A stretch of DNA of 64,000 nt from an uncultured Planctomycetaceae bacterium. GTDB taxonomy: Bacteria; Planctomycetota; Planctomycetia; Pirellulales; UBA1268. The notes under the pieces were generated by a model. It saw only the letters and a program-made list of their open reading frames with translations. It did not search any database and had not been told where the DNA came from. The stretch covers positions 6,779 through 70,778 of the forward strand of contig CAJXFK010000001.1 of the NCBI GenBank assembly GCA_913052575.1, in the 5' to 3' direction. Both the position numbers and the translations under genes were made by a program. Of the stretch, positions 19,413 to 29,968 are shown in pieces (position 1 is the first letter of the stretch; the number at the start of each line of letters is the position of its first letter).

Positions 19413-19905
19413 GTGCTGCCTTCCCACCCAAGAAAATGAAACCAGAGATTGTTTCAGACTGAGTCTATTTGAATTTTTATAAGCCGAACAGTGACAAGTT
19501 GAGTTGGGATGTATCCGCCTCCTAAAACAAGGGGTCGGCTTTGGTAGTTTTACGATGAGTTCTATTTTGGGTGGAGATCATTCGGCAGGAGGATGTGCTG
19601 TAAGGAGAGTCACGTAGTGGGTATGATGAAAAGATGATTCTGACTGCTGCCATACTTTGTGGTGATCAATGAGTAAGTTGTCGGTGTGAAATTACTCTAG
19701 ACCAACACGAATCTATTGCTTCTAAGATGATGGGGTTCTCGAAATAATGGATGAGTGATGAAGGTAGTCTTAAGGTTTAGGTATAGTCTTTAAGTACAAC
19801 ACGTCATGGATGAATGTCTTTGAGTGTGGCAGTGTTGAAACTGCTGAGATTCTTGGTTTGTCGTTACGGTTCAGCACCGCATCAGTTCTGTTGTCTTTGA
19901 GGTTC

Positions 19906-21645
19906 ATGAGAGTGTGCACGAAAGTTGTACAAATACGTTTTCGTATTTTCTTTTTGTTTTGTGTAGTAGCCGTAAACTGTTCTCCATGTGAGGCAGAGAG
20001 ACCACCGAATATCCTCATCTTTCTTATGGATGATATGGGGTACGGTGATCTTCGCGCACTGAATCCAGATGGATCCGGTTTTGAGACTCCACACCTTGAT
20101 AATCTTTTGGAATTGGGTGTGACATTTACAAATGCTCATTCGTCTGCGTCTGTTTGTGCACCAACACGATATGCGCTGCTTACTGGTAATCACGTCTATC
20201 GCGGTCGTAATCCTGGTGGTACCTGGGGGCATTTTTCGGGGAGTCAGATTCTGCATGATCAACAAACGCTGGCTGACGTACTTCGGCATGCTGGATATAA
20301 AACAGCATTCTTCGGGAAAAGCCATCTGGGTTCAAGGTTTCTGAGGCCAAATGGAATTCAGGCTACTGGGTTTGATGACGCAGATGTAAGTCAGCGTTTT
20401 TATGACGGACCGCTTGATCATGGCTTTGAGTATTCGCTGACACTTCCAGCAGGCATACAGAGTGAGCCCTATGCGTTTTTCAAAAATGATCGTCTTGTGC
20501 GGTGGAATGATCTGCTGAAGTCCTGGCAGTATTTTAAAAATGACTCAAACGCCCGCAAGTTCTTTAAGTCGACCGCGAAAAAAAATAGTAAAAAAACAGC
20601 CTATACCATGGACAATTGGAATACGGAGTCTGTTGGTCCGCTGTTGATGCACGACGCCCTCGGTTTCATCGATCGCCATGTAGCCACTGGTGAAAAAGAT
20701 AAGCCGTTCTTTCTTTATTATTGTTCACAGGCAGGCCATTCGCCCTATGCGCCCCCTGTTTCTTTTAATACACGTGATCCAATGAGCACGAATGATCTTG
20801 GAGTGGCTGAGGCGATTCCAATTGCCGGTACAACGATTAATAAACGAACAGATATGATTCGAGAGGGTGACGTTTCTATTGGTCTGTTCGTGAAAAAACT
20901 GAAGTCACTTGGGTTATTTCAAAACACACTTATTGTTTTTACAAGTGATAATGGTGCTGCTATTGGGCCCGCGTCCTCATGGTCTCAGTCACTGTACAGT
21001 GACGCGAAAGACAATAGTTCGTATGGTGGGGATCGCATTGAAAAAAGTGTCGATGTTCCACGACGCGTCCACTGTAATGCCCAGGGGGTTTCAGAAGACG
21101 GAAGCCCCTTGCGGGGTGAAAAAGGGTTTGTTTATGAGGGTGGGCACCGGGTGCCACTGATTCTTTGTTGGGAAGGAGGCATTCAAGGTTCTCGAAAAAT
21201 ACAAAATCAGATGATAGGTCTCCATGATCTCTATCGAACAATCTGTGGCCTTGCTGGTATTGAGGTACCAATTAATCAAGCATACGACAGTTGTGATTTC
21301 ACTGAAATTTTAAGATCAGATGGCATCGATGGACCACTTGTACGAGATTCACTCTATATTCAATCGAATCGGCCTTGGGAAGGAAATAAAAAGAAGATTT
21401 TCAATACATGGGCAGCATACACCGCTACTGCAACGAACGGCTCTATGAATTGTTGGAAAGCTATACTTGAATACAACACAAAAAAGAAAGGTGGTAGAAG
21501 CGATGCGAGGTGTGTTGAGCTTTTTCACCTCAGCCTAGATCCATCGGAGGCTCAAGATCTTCCTGGAGAGAGAAATCGCCGGGCCGCTTTAGAAACACGG
21601 TTTCATAAAATGGTGGGTGATGAGCGTGCTATTCGAGATGACTAA
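19906..21645 (+). CDS. Arylsulfatase (Cys-type)
   Basis: A start at ATG 19906 gives a signal peptide, then PNILIFLMDDMGYGD and the FGly motif CAPTRYALLTGN. C-terminal motifs FTSDNG and GGHRVP. Confidence 0.85.
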   Translation: MRVCTKVVQIRFRIFFLFCVVAVNCSPCEAERPPNILIFLMDDMGYGDLRALNPDGSGFETPHLDNLLELGVTFTNAHSSASVCAPTRYALLTGNHVYRGRNPGGTWGHFSGSQILHDQQTLADVLRHAGYKTAFFGKSHLGSRFLRPNGIQATGFDDADVSQRFYDGPLDHGFEYSLTLPAGIQSEPYAFFKNDRLVRWNDLLKSWQYFKNDSNARKFFKSTAKKNSKKTAYTMDNWNTESVGPLLMHDALGFIDRHVATGEKDKPFFLYYCSQAGHSPYAPPVSFNTRDPMSTNDLGVAEAIPIAGTTINKRTDMIREGDVSIGLFVKKLKSLGLFQNTLIVFTSDNGAAIGPASSWSQSLYSDAKDNSSYGGDRIEKSVDVPRRVHCNAQGVSEDGSPLRGEKGFVYEGGHRVPLILCWEGGIQGSRKIQNQMIGLHDLYRTICGLAGIEVPINQAYDSCDFTEILRSDGIDGPLVRDSLYIQSNRPWEGNKKKIFNTWAAYTATATNGSMNCWKAILEYNTKKKGGRSDARCVELFHLSLDPSEAQDLPGERNRRAALETRFHKMVGDERAIRDD

Positions 21646-22080
21646 AATCTTGGTTTGTGGGCACGCTACGAATTTCCAAGATTCATGGAATTTGTATTTT
21701 GAAGGTAAGGAGCGGCCTGATCCAGCACCTGATCCAGCATGCACTTCACATAGTGATGTAAAACTTGAAGGACACTCCAAAAAAAAGTGTGCTTCATGAA
21801 TTTGTTTGTTCAAGGGCGTACGACAATTGTCTGTAACAATGGTATATCAGTCTATAAGTAGCTGATTCTGTGCAAAAAAATCAATCAAAATTCAGATGTG
21901 TATATGTTCCGTAGTGCATCACTGTTACGGGCTGGGAGAATGTGTTCGTTACGGAAGTAAGATGTTATTGTCATAATTTAATGGCATGAGATTTTGAATT
22001 GTTTGGTGGCTCGATTGCGGGATCCTCTATTGTGGGATCTATGTTCAACCAACGACACAAGGTAAAAAAGGTTTGGATAT

Positions 22081-23442
22081 ATGATGCGCCAGTGTGTTTG
22101 CGGAAGCCTCAAGAAAAGTATGGTTCTTTCACTTCTTTTTCTGCTGTTTGGCGTTTCTATCCGTGCCGAGAACAGGCTCTCTGAGGTACCAAGAGATGTT
22201 TCTCTTCACCCAGCAGTTTCAGCATTTTTTCATAGCAATGATAGATTTGTTCAAGATGTCATTATTCCAAGCATAGAGCGAGAACGAAAACACGACGTTC
22301 ATATACAGGTTGTTTCGGAACACGGAGTCGCGTTCGAGAGATGTCGGGTTTTTGCAGAATTACAAAGCCATGAATTTCTGTTTGGTCATTGCAATCTAGC
22401 CACAGAAAAAAGTGTGAGAAAACGGAAACAGTTAAATGATATTTTTCACTTTACGTGTCCTGAGAACCTCACAAAGTGGAAGAACTATGCACCACGTTTC
22501 GGCGAATATGACTTCTCAAAAATTGATGCGATGGTTGATTATTGTGGCAACCATGGGATCGGTGTCGAATGGCATTTTCTTTCAGGATACCACCCGGAAT
22601 GGCTTGCTTCTGTTGGTTCGGATGCCGAGAAAGCAGCAATTCAGTTAAAGAACAGCAGGATAGTCCTTCATCGATATCAAGGCGCAGTAAATTTCTTTCA
22701 GGTTTTTAATGAAGATTGGCACACCCATATTCAAAGAGCAAAGGTTTACTCTGATCAGACGTCATATTTTTCAAAATTACGACAAGAGTTTCCGGACGTT
22801 GAACTCGGTGTCTGTGATTGCTGGTCGTTTAATAAAGAAAATCGTTTGCCGAGTGTTATTGAACTCACCGCCCGTTATCCGGGGATAGATTTTGTATCAA
22901 TGCATGCCCATAAGCCACGTCGTCTCTGGGCGAGCCCAAAAGAGATGATTGACACGTTCGATCAGTACAAAAACAGTAAGGTAAAAACACACATTACCGA
23001 ATTCGGGATTATCAAGGGTGAAATTGAGGGTGGTTATCGTTCGGGGCAATGGACTGATGCCAAGCTGGCAGAATATTTCGTTCAAGTAGCCGCAACCAGT
23101 TTTAGTCATCCGGCAGTTCGAGTCCTCAACCTCTGGGCCAATTATGAGAAATTCACTGGTAATCAACTTTTTAGTGAAGGAGGGGAGCCAACATCTCAAT
23201 ACGAAGCACTAAGAAGTCTTTTGAGTGACAAACTAGTTACTCGTGTAGTGGGTGAAACTGATCATCAGGGAGCATGCGTGTTTGACGGGTTTGATGGTCA
23301 ATACAAGTTGTCGTTGAGGACCGAGTCTGGCCAAAATATAACGATGGATGTGAATGCTGGACATCGGCAAACGTACATCAAAATTATCGTGAGTGAAGAT
23401 GAGAGCACTGCCCGTGTTGTCATTGAACAAGAGGAAAGATAG
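22081..23442 (+). CDS. Clan GH-A glycoside hydrolase, GH10-like
   Basis: 453-aa ORF with a signal peptide. GH10-like blocks PENLTKWKNYAPRFGEYDF..., GIGVEWHFLSGYHPEWL, an acid/base-like VFNEDW and a nucleophile-like ITEFGI. Family assignment is by motif only. Confidence 0.6.
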   Translation: MMRQCVCGSLKKSMVLSLLFLLFGVSIRAENRLSEVPRDVSLHPAVSAFFHSNDRFVQDVIIPSIERERKHDVHIQVVSEHGVAFERCRVFAELQSHEFLFGHCNLATEKSVRKRKQLNDIFHFTCPENLTKWKNYAPRFGEYDFSKIDAMVDYCGNHGIGVEWHFLSGYHPEWLASVGSDAEKAAIQLKNSRIVLHRYQGAVNFFQVFNEDWHTHIQRAKVYSDQTSYFSKLRQEFPDVELGVCDCWSFNKENRLPSVIELTARYPGIDFVSMHAHKPRRLWASPKEMIDTFDQYKNSKVKTHITEFGIIKGEIEGGYRSGQWTDAKLAEYFVQVAATSFSHPAVRVLNLWANYEKFTGNQLFSEGGEPTSQYEALRSLLSDKLVTRVVGETDHQGACVFDGFDGQYKLSLRTESGQNITMDVNAGHRQTYIKIIVSEDESTARVVIEQEER

Positions 23443-23521
23443 TTCGTAAACAAACTCATTGAACAGTTAGCATTGAGGTACTTAAACGATATTCTCTGAT
23501 CTATTTAAAATATTTCCTGAT

Positions 23522-24229
23522 CTATTTGATAAGAGATACCGCACCAGATCCAAGGTCGTAATAGGCACCAACAATATCTATTGATCCGTCGTCTTCGAGG
23601 CCTTTGAGGATCGTGCTTTCTTTTCGAATCATTCGTACTGCCATACGGATATTTTCGCGACAGATGTGTGCAACATATTCTGGATTTCCGCTTGTCTTCT
23701 TGCCACGAAACGGTTTCGCAGTTTTAAGGGCAGGACGAATCTTAGCCAACATGGGTGTGATATTTCCAACTTGAACATTATCAATAGCTGCTTGTACAGC
23801 ACCGCAGTGAGTGTGGCCCAGTACAATGATGAGTTTTGCACCTGCAACGTGACACGCAAACTCCATACTGCCAAGAATATCTTCATTGATAAAGTTGCCG
23901 GCGACGCGAGCTACAAAAATATCTCCAACACCACGATCGAAAACATCTTCAACAGGAATTCGACTGTCGAGACACGACAGGACGACAGCCTTAGGGAATT
24001 GTCCAGCGTAGGCTTCTCGAACCTGCTTTGAATGATTTCGTTCGGTCAAGACATTTGATGTGAATCGTTTGTTTCCAGCTATAAGTTCAGTGAGAACACT
24101 CTGTGGCGTAAGCTCGGCTTGTTGTTCTTTGGTAAGAACCTTCGAGGGAAGCGGATCAGCCGCTCGGCTTTGATGAAAAAGTAGGGTGCTGATGATGAGT
24201 GCGGCAGAGGTCAAGGAAAAACGAGTCAT
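23522..24229 (-). CDS. Beta-class carbonic anhydrase with signal peptide (exported)
   Basis: 235-aa ORF with signal peptide MTRFSLTSAALIISTLLFHQSRA. Canonical SCLDSR and GHTHCGA zinc-ligand motifs. Confidence 0.9.
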   Translation of the reverse strand: MTRFSLTSAALIISTLLFHQSRAADPLPSKVLTKEQQAELTPQSVLTELIAGNKRFTSNVLTERNHSKQVREAYAGQFPKAVVLSCLDSRIPVEDVFDRGVGDIFVARVAGNFINEDILGSMEFACHVAGAKLIIVLGHTHCGAVQAAIDNVQVGNITPMLAKIRPALKTAKPFRGKKTSGNPEYVAHICRENIRMAVRMIRKESTILKGLEDDGSIDIVGAYYDLGSGAVSLIK

Positions 24230-24414
24230 GGCAATATATAACCCTTATGTTCGAATGTAATTTTTCTGTAAAGAGCCGTCGGGTCGCGGAGATGTTTGAG
24301 GTTTCTATTCAATGAATAGTCTAGAAGAAATTTAAGGCTTGAAAAATTGAGTTCTGGAAAATATATCCTTAATAATGGGTGTTTGTCTTAAAATATTGGT
24401 TCCGAAATTTTTAA

Positions 24415-25737
24415 TCATCGAGTGCTTGTTTTGTTAGGACGAAAAAAGGACTCGATTTGTTTCCAGGTGCTCTGCCTATGCTCTTTGCCAAGTCCGTGCC
24501 CACGCGCAGGGTAGATTTTGTAGGTCTTTGTTCCGCGAACTCTGTTAAACGCGGCGAAACTTGTGGTCGGTGGGCAGATTTGATCTTGTAATCCGACGTT
24601 CATGATAGTTTTGCAAGTGACTCGGTCACAGAGATTCATTGTATCGAAGTAGCTCATTGTCTTTAGAGTATGTGCCCAAGAGCGATGTTTTTTCTTGTTT
24701 AGCCAGTCGTCCATTTCGTCCCAGTGTGTGAGTTTGAAATAGTTCTCCCAGTTGCAGAGAAATGGTATGTCTGCAACACACAGATCAATTCGGTTATCAA
24801 GCGCCGCGGTTGCGAACGCGAAACCTCCTCCTTGGCTGGCTCCCCATACGGCAATCTTTTGTTGGTCTACTTTGTCGAGAGTGCAAAGGAAGTCAACGGC
24901 GCGGACACAGTCGAGATAGGCTCCACGATAAAAATATGTATTTCGATCGTCGAGTCCTCGAACCCAGTAGTCTTCAGGTTTTCCAGATATGTCATCTTGG
25001 CTATTGCCATGTCCACGTGGATTGAAAGAAAAGACGATCAGGTCTTCTTGGTTACCAACAGGCTTCATGTTTTGGCCATAACCAGGCACTCGAAGAACAC
25101 TAGGAAAAAGTCCATCCTGGTTTGGTATTTCGAGCCAGCCCCGCACGCATATATTATCAAAACTTTGCATGGAGACTTCAAAGACGGAAACCTTTGATTG
25201 TGATTGTGATTGTGATTGTTGTTTGTTGGGTCGTAGTTGAAAATTGGGTGCTGTTGATGCAAGTTGAGCCAATGACTCCTCCCAGAAATTGAAGAAATCG
25301 GCTTCTCTTGTCAGTGGGCATCCAATGTCCTCCACGTGAGATCCAATACGACATCGTGCCGAAACGGTTTTTTCGTTTTTTGATGTAACGAGTTGGCATT
25401 TGATTTCTGCAAATCCTGCACAGGGCATGGAGAAACAAAATGTATGAGCAATCGTTTGTTGCCGCCTCAGAGTAATAGCTTGATGAACCGGGGGAAGTGA
25501 TTGAAAACATGGAGAATTAGCGCTCCACACGACTGTCCCGTTGATAACTTCATCGAGTTTGTTTTTGATTGAAGCTGTCAGAGTAACGGGTCTATTCGTT
25601 TCAATGATGCCATCATGATCGCTGGATGTTAATGTGATCTGTGCAAATCGCTTTTGGGCATAAGATGTTTCTGCATTCGCATAGCAGAGAAGCATAACAA
25701 AACAAATCTTCAGGACATTGAGACAGAGTGAATGCAT
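24415..25737 (-). CDS. Acetyl-xylan-esterase-like carbohydrate esterase (CE7/AXE1-like) with extra N-terminal domain
   Basis: 440-aa ORF with a signal peptide. CE7-like motifs NPRGHG, GASQGGGFA (GxSQGG) and a C-terminal GHG. Contains a (QS)4 linker. Confidence 0.7.
   Translation of the reverse strand: MHSLCLNVLKICFVMLLCYANAETSYAQKRFAQITLTSSDHDGIIETNRPVTLTASIKNKLDEVINGTVVWSANSPCFQSLPPVHQAITLRRQQTIAHTFCFSMPCAGFAEIKCQLVTSKNEKTVSARCRIGSHVEDIGCPLTREADFFNFWEESLAQLASTAPNFQLRPNKQQSQSQSQSKVSVFEVSMQSFDNICVRGWLEIPNQDGLFPSVLRVPGYGQNMKPVGNQEDLIVFSFNPRGHGNSQDDISGKPEDYWVRGLDDRNTYFYRGAYLDCVRAVDFLCTLDKVDQQKIAVWGASQGGGFAFATAALDNRIDLCVADIPFLCNWENYFKLTHWDEMDDWLNKKKHRSWAHTLKTMSYFDTMNLCDRVTCKTIMNVGLQDQICPPTTSFAAFNRVRGTKTYKIYPARGHGLGKEHRQSTWKQIESFFRPNKTSTR
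25195..25218. repeat. Hexanucleotide microsatellite (TGATTG)x4 inside the esterase CDS
   Basis: Direct reading shows four perfect tandem copies. On the minus strand they encode the QSQSQSQS linker. Confidence 0.7.
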
Positions 25738-25816
25738 GTTTTAATTTAAATGTCAGGGTTTTTCGTTTATTAAATACTGCTTAGTATTTCACATGTTGGA
25801 AGTAGTTTTAGCAATT

Positions 25817-27418
25817 ATGAAACAGTGCCTGTTATGTGTCATTTTTATATGTATTCCCAGCTTATGTTTTGCGCTATCCAGCAGCATTGAGCAACCTCCA
25901 AATGTGGTTGTTTTTCTAGCTGATGATATGGGGCTCGGAGATACCAGTGCCTACCAGGATTGGACTCACAATGCAGACATGGTGCAGCTTGCAACACCTG
26001 GCATGGAGAGGCTCGCGGCAGAGGGGGTTCGGTTTACTGATGCCCACTCACCATCAAGTCGGTGTTCTCCAACAAGGTATGCCTTACTCACTGGACGTTA
26101 CTGTTGGAGGACTCGACTCAAACACTGGGTGCTGTTTGGTGTTCAATGTCCTCCTCTTATTGAACGAGAGCGTGTTACATTGCCAGAATTTTTACAATCT
26201 GTGGGTTATCGGACAGCAATGTTCGGGAAGTGGCATCTTGGCCTGACATACCGCAATAAAAAAGGGAATGCAGCAACGGGGTGGGACGATGCTGATCTCA
26301 CCCAGCCACTTGCTGACGGTCCTCTCGACCATGGGTTCGATATTTTTTTTGGGGTGTCCCGAAGTCATGGAACTTCTGGTCCAGATGGACAGAAGAAAAA
26401 CAGCCCGACGCAACGAATTGGCCCGGGCTGGATCGATGGACGCTCGATTCTTGGCGCAACCGGTGATGGGAAAAAATTGGATGGCTCTTATCAGCTTCAT
26501 GAGGTCGGGCAAAGATTAGATGCAATGGCACTCAACTTTTTGGAGCAGGCCGCATCAGAGCCACAACCATTCTTTCTTTATTTTGCGTCTCCTTCGAATC
26601 ACAGCCCATACACGCCATCTAATGCATTAGGAGAAGATCCTATTGTTGGTGCTAGTTTATTTAAAAGTGGCAAATCAACAAACAGTAAGAGACTTGATTT
26701 TGTGTATCAAAATGATGTTCATATTACACGGCTGCTTGATTTTCTTGACAGAACACCTGACCCACGTCGACCGGGATACATGCTACGTGATAATACGTTG
26801 TTTCTCTTTTCGAGTGACAACGGTGCTGAGCAATCATCAAAAGTTTGTACTGGGCCGCTTCGCAGCAATAAGGGGTCAATTTATGAAGGTGGGCATCGCG
26901 TGCCGTTTCTGGCCTGCTGGCCACAAGGAGGCGTAGGGGATGGTCGAGCAGAAACTCTGGGTCGCGACTGTTCAAGGCTGTGTGCTCTCAACGATGTGTT
27001 TGCAACGGTAGCTGAAGCAATTGGTAAATCGCTTCCACCACTTCATGGTCATTCGTATGGAGCAGAAGACAGTATCAGTCAGCTTGCAGCAATGCAGTGT
27101 GCACTGACTGAACCACGCGTGGCAATCTTCCCGAATGATCACAAGGAGGCGTCAAAAAAAACGTCAGACAAGAGGGCCTGGGTTGCGGTACGGTCTAATG
27201 CAGCACCACTTACTGGACAGTGGAAACTTTTTCTTGATCATCGTTATGCATGGCAGCAGGAACTGTTTCCTCAAGAACTATACAATCTTTCAAATGATCT
27301 AATGGAGAGTGAAAATCTTCTTGAAGATTCAAAATATATTGGTGTTGTCGAGTTTCTCCTCGAGCAGGCACGAACTGCTGCAGGAAATGAAGGCCATACA
27401 AGGCAACATGTAAAGTAA
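25817..27418 (+). CDS. Sulfatase (Cys-type)
   Basis: ATG 25817 gives signal peptide MKQCLLCVIFICIPSLCFA, then PNVVVFLADDMGLGD and the FGly motif CSPTRYALLTGR. Also SSDNG and GGHRVP. The ORF track's start at 25793 is an alternative. Confidence 0.85.
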   Translation: MKQCLLCVIFICIPSLCFALSSSIEQPPNVVVFLADDMGLGDTSAYQDWTHNADMVQLATPGMERLAAEGVRFTDAHSPSSRCSPTRYALLTGRYCWRTRLKHWVLFGVQCPPLIERERVTLPEFLQSVGYRTAMFGKWHLGLTYRNKKGNAATGWDDADLTQPLADGPLDHGFDIFFGVSRSHGTSGPDGQKKNSPTQRIGPGWIDGRSILGATGDGKKLDGSYQLHEVGQRLDAMALNFLEQAASEPQPFFLYFASPSNHSPYTPSNALGEDPIVGASLFKSGKSTNSKRLDFVYQNDVHITRLLDFLDRTPDPRRPGYMLRDNTLFLFSSDNGAEQSSKVCTGPLRSNKGSIYEGGHRVPFLACWPQGGVGDGRAETLGRDCSRLCALNDVFATVAEAIGKSLPPLHGHSYGAEDSISQLAAMQCALTEPRVAIFPNDHKEASKKTSDKRAWVAVRSNAAPLTGQWKLFLDHRYAWQQELFPQELYNLSNDLMESENLLEDSKYIGVVEFLLEQARTAAGNEGHTRQHVK

Positions 27419-27494
27419 TAAATAGCTTCCACGTGTCGTTTGAATTTTGTTTCGCAAGTCAACTTTTAAGAATCAAAATCTAATGGGGTGAGTG

Positions 27495-29033
27495 ATGAAA
27501 GTATTGAATCAAAGAGAATCTCTAAGTATTTCTCTCATGGCTGTCTGTGTTGTCTTTTGTTCAGTTTGTGATGCACGTGAGAATAGTGAAGATCGCCCCC
27601 ATATTGTGCTCGTGATGGCAGATGACCAAGGGTGGGGGCAGACAGGCTATTACGGACACCCGTTTCTCAAGACGCCACATCTTGATGATATGGCTGCACA
27701 TGGTCTTCGACTTGATCGTTTTTACGCAGGTGGTCCGGTGTGTTCGCCGACTCGGGCAACGGTACTCACCGGTCGAACACATGAGCGTACTGGAGTAATG
27801 TCACACGGATACCCGTTACGTTTGCAGGAGAAAACGATTCCTCAGGCACTTGCTGAAGTCGGTTATGTTACGAGTCATTTTGGCAAGTGGCATTTGAATG
27901 GAATTCGAGGAGCTGGGGTCCCAATTTTACCAAACGATGAACGCCGCCCAGACGTATTTGGGTTTCAGCACTGGCTTTCGGTAACGAATTTTTTTGATAT
28001 GGATCCATTGATGGGACGTCGTGGTAAGCCTGCCGGTGTTTTTGAAAAAAAGAGAGGGGATTCTTCAGAGGTAGTTGTATCCGAAGCTCTTCGGTTCCTT
28101 GAGGAACAGCTTATGAAAAATCCTAATGCACCAACATTCACAGTGATTTGGTTTGGAACGCCACACGCTCCTTGGGCATCCCTAGAATCAGACAGAGATC
28201 CATTTGCTAAGTTATCTTTTCAGGCTCAAAGGCACTATGGTGAACTTGTCGCAATGGACAGAAGTATTGGTGCGCTTCGTAGTGGTCTTCAGAAGCTTGG
28301 TGTCGCAGATAATACACTGCTCTGGTTTTCATCAGATAATGGTGGGTTGCCGAATAAAGATTTTCAGCCAACGGTGGGTCAATTCAATGACTCGGTCGAC
28401 GGCATGGTTCCATTGCGTGGTTCCAAGGGAACGCTCTACGAAGGAGGGTTGCGAGTCCCGTCTGTTATTGAGTGGCCGTCACGAATTGAGCCAAAAATCT
28501 CCCAATTTCAGGCTGGTGCAGTCGATATATTTCCAACGATTCTCGAGGTTGTGGGGCTTCCTGAAGAAACCATGCTGCCGGTACACGATGGTGTTAGTTT
28601 GTGCCAACTTTTTGATGGTGAGTCCAGTGAACGCAATAAGCCGATGGGTTTTCGCTGGAACGGTGGTGGTGCCTGGATTCACGGGCGATATAAGTTAGTT
28701 GTCTTAAACACATCCAAAAACCCAAAGAAGTCTAAGCAAAATAAAGAGTCTCAGGAACTGTTCGATCTTGTAGCCGATCCCACAGAGTCCAAAAGCATTG
28801 CTCAGGAAAAACCAATTATTTTTCAAAATTTAATGCGTGAGTATGCACTATTCTCTGCATCAATTGATGAAAGCATGCTTGGTCGTGACTATCCCTTGGG
28901 GAGGCTGAAAGCGTCTGACCCAGAGCCCAAACGATGGACATCGGATGAAACAATTTACACTCCTTTTCGCAAGGTATTCGGAGAAGAGCAAAAGCTTTTA
29001 AATGAACTCACCAAACCGATCAAATCTGATTGA
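27495..29033 (+). CDS. Sulfatase (Cys-type)
   Basis: ATG 27495 (GTG 27492 is the alternative). PHIVLVMADDQGWG, FGly motif CSPTRATVLTGR, SSDNGG. Confidence 0.85.
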   Translation: MKVLNQRESLSISLMAVCVVFCSVCDARENSEDRPHIVLVMADDQGWGQTGYYGHPFLKTPHLDDMAAHGLRLDRFYAGGPVCSPTRATVLTGRTHERTGVMSHGYPLRLQEKTIPQALAEVGYVTSHFGKWHLNGIRGAGVPILPNDERRPDVFGFQHWLSVTNFFDMDPLMGRRGKPAGVFEKKRGDSSEVVVSEALRFLEEQLMKNPNAPTFTVIWFGTPHAPWASLESDRDPFAKLSFQAQRHYGELVAMDRSIGALRSGLQKLGVADNTLLWFSSDNGGLPNKDFQPTVGQFNDSVDGMVPLRGSKGTLYEGGLRVPSVIEWPSRIEPKISQFQAGAVDIFPTILEVVGLPEETMLPVHDGVSLCQLFDGESSERNKPMGFRWNGGGAWIHGRYKLVVLNTSKNPKKSKQNKESQELFDLVADPTESKSIAQEKPIIFQNLMREYALFSASIDESMLGRDYPLGRLKASDPEPKRWTSDETIYTPFRKVFGEEQKLLNELTKPIKSD

Positions 29034-29060
29034 TGCTGTTGGGCAGATTGGCTCATTTCG

Positions 29061-29843
29061 TCACATTTCTGAATAAGCTTTTGGTACCAGAACATACTTA
29101 TGAATCGTACTGACTGTCCCTTCATACTTTTCCACCTTACTAAGAACTTTCCAGGCGGGATGTTCTCGGAACGATTTCCAAGCCTGAATTCGTGATTCTT
29201 CACTGGGGTACATTGTCAGATATGTAAGGTTTGGGGTGTATGGGCCAATCACAGCTTGCCCGATAACAATCGGAGTGATTCCACAGTCGAGGAAAATCGG
29301 CACCTCACCGTTATTGAACATGTCCACTTTAAGTTGCCCCAATTTTTCATGTGCACTTTCATACGTTCGTAGTTCATACACACGATTTTTATTTGTGGTG
29401 ACGCCTGATGGAACTTTTACCCTCGGCCAGCAGTCCATAGCAATCAAAAGCTCACTCGAAATCCGCTGGTAGCTTTTGTCCCGATTGCCATGCGAAAAAA
29501 ATGCTGCTGCGTCACCTAGATACTGCTGGTCAGACTGAACAAGTTCACGATTCTGTACCATTGCCAAGGTATCAGTGTGGGGAATGATCACAAAGGTTGT
29601 CTTGGTCCCGGTCTTATCACTCGGAGCATTCGTGAAAGCGCCAATAGGTCCAACACCGTGACGTTTCAGGCAAGGTAACAGGGCATTCGATAGGTACTGA
29701 TCGACTACTGCTTCATCACCATTGTCACCAATGATATATCCTCGAATCTCGTACACCTCAGCCCTTATATCTGAAGGGAAAATATAAAAATTTATACAGA
29801 ATGCAGTAAGTAGTAATGCAGTTTGAAAAAATATCTTGTTCAT
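29061..29843 (-). CDS. NIPSNAP-family protein (two repeats) with signal peptide
   Basis: ATG 29843 gives MNKIFFQTALLLTAFCINFYIF. NIPSNAP-type motifs VYEIRGY and VYELRTYES. Confidence 0.6.
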   Translation of the reverse strand: MNKIFFQTALLLTAFCINFYIFPSDIRAEVYEIRGYIIGDNGDEAVVDQYLSNALLPCLKRHGVGPIGAFTNAPSDKTGTKTTFVIIPHTDTLAMVQNRELVQSDQQYLGDAAAFFSHGNRDKSYQRISSELLIAMDCWPRVKVPSGVTTNKNRVYELRTYESAHEKLGQLKVDMFNNGEVPIFLDCGITPIVIGQAVIGPYTPNLTYLTMYPSEESRIQAWKSFREHPAWKVLSKVEKYEGTVSTIHKYVLVPKAYSEM

Positions 29844-29968
29844 GTAATTACAATTCTGTGCGACTTGGGATAAAAGAATTCGGTAGGACACGATAGTACG
29901 ACAGATTACTTTTTTAATTTTTGGTTTGGTACGTATTCGGGAACGGCGAAACTATGCAAATACGAATA

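Noticed and set aside
21716-21739. Tandem 12-mer CCTGATCCAGCA x2 in the intergenic region after the sulfatase.
   Set aside because: Only two copies, with no spacer-repeat architecture. It is too short to call a repeat element or CRISPR.
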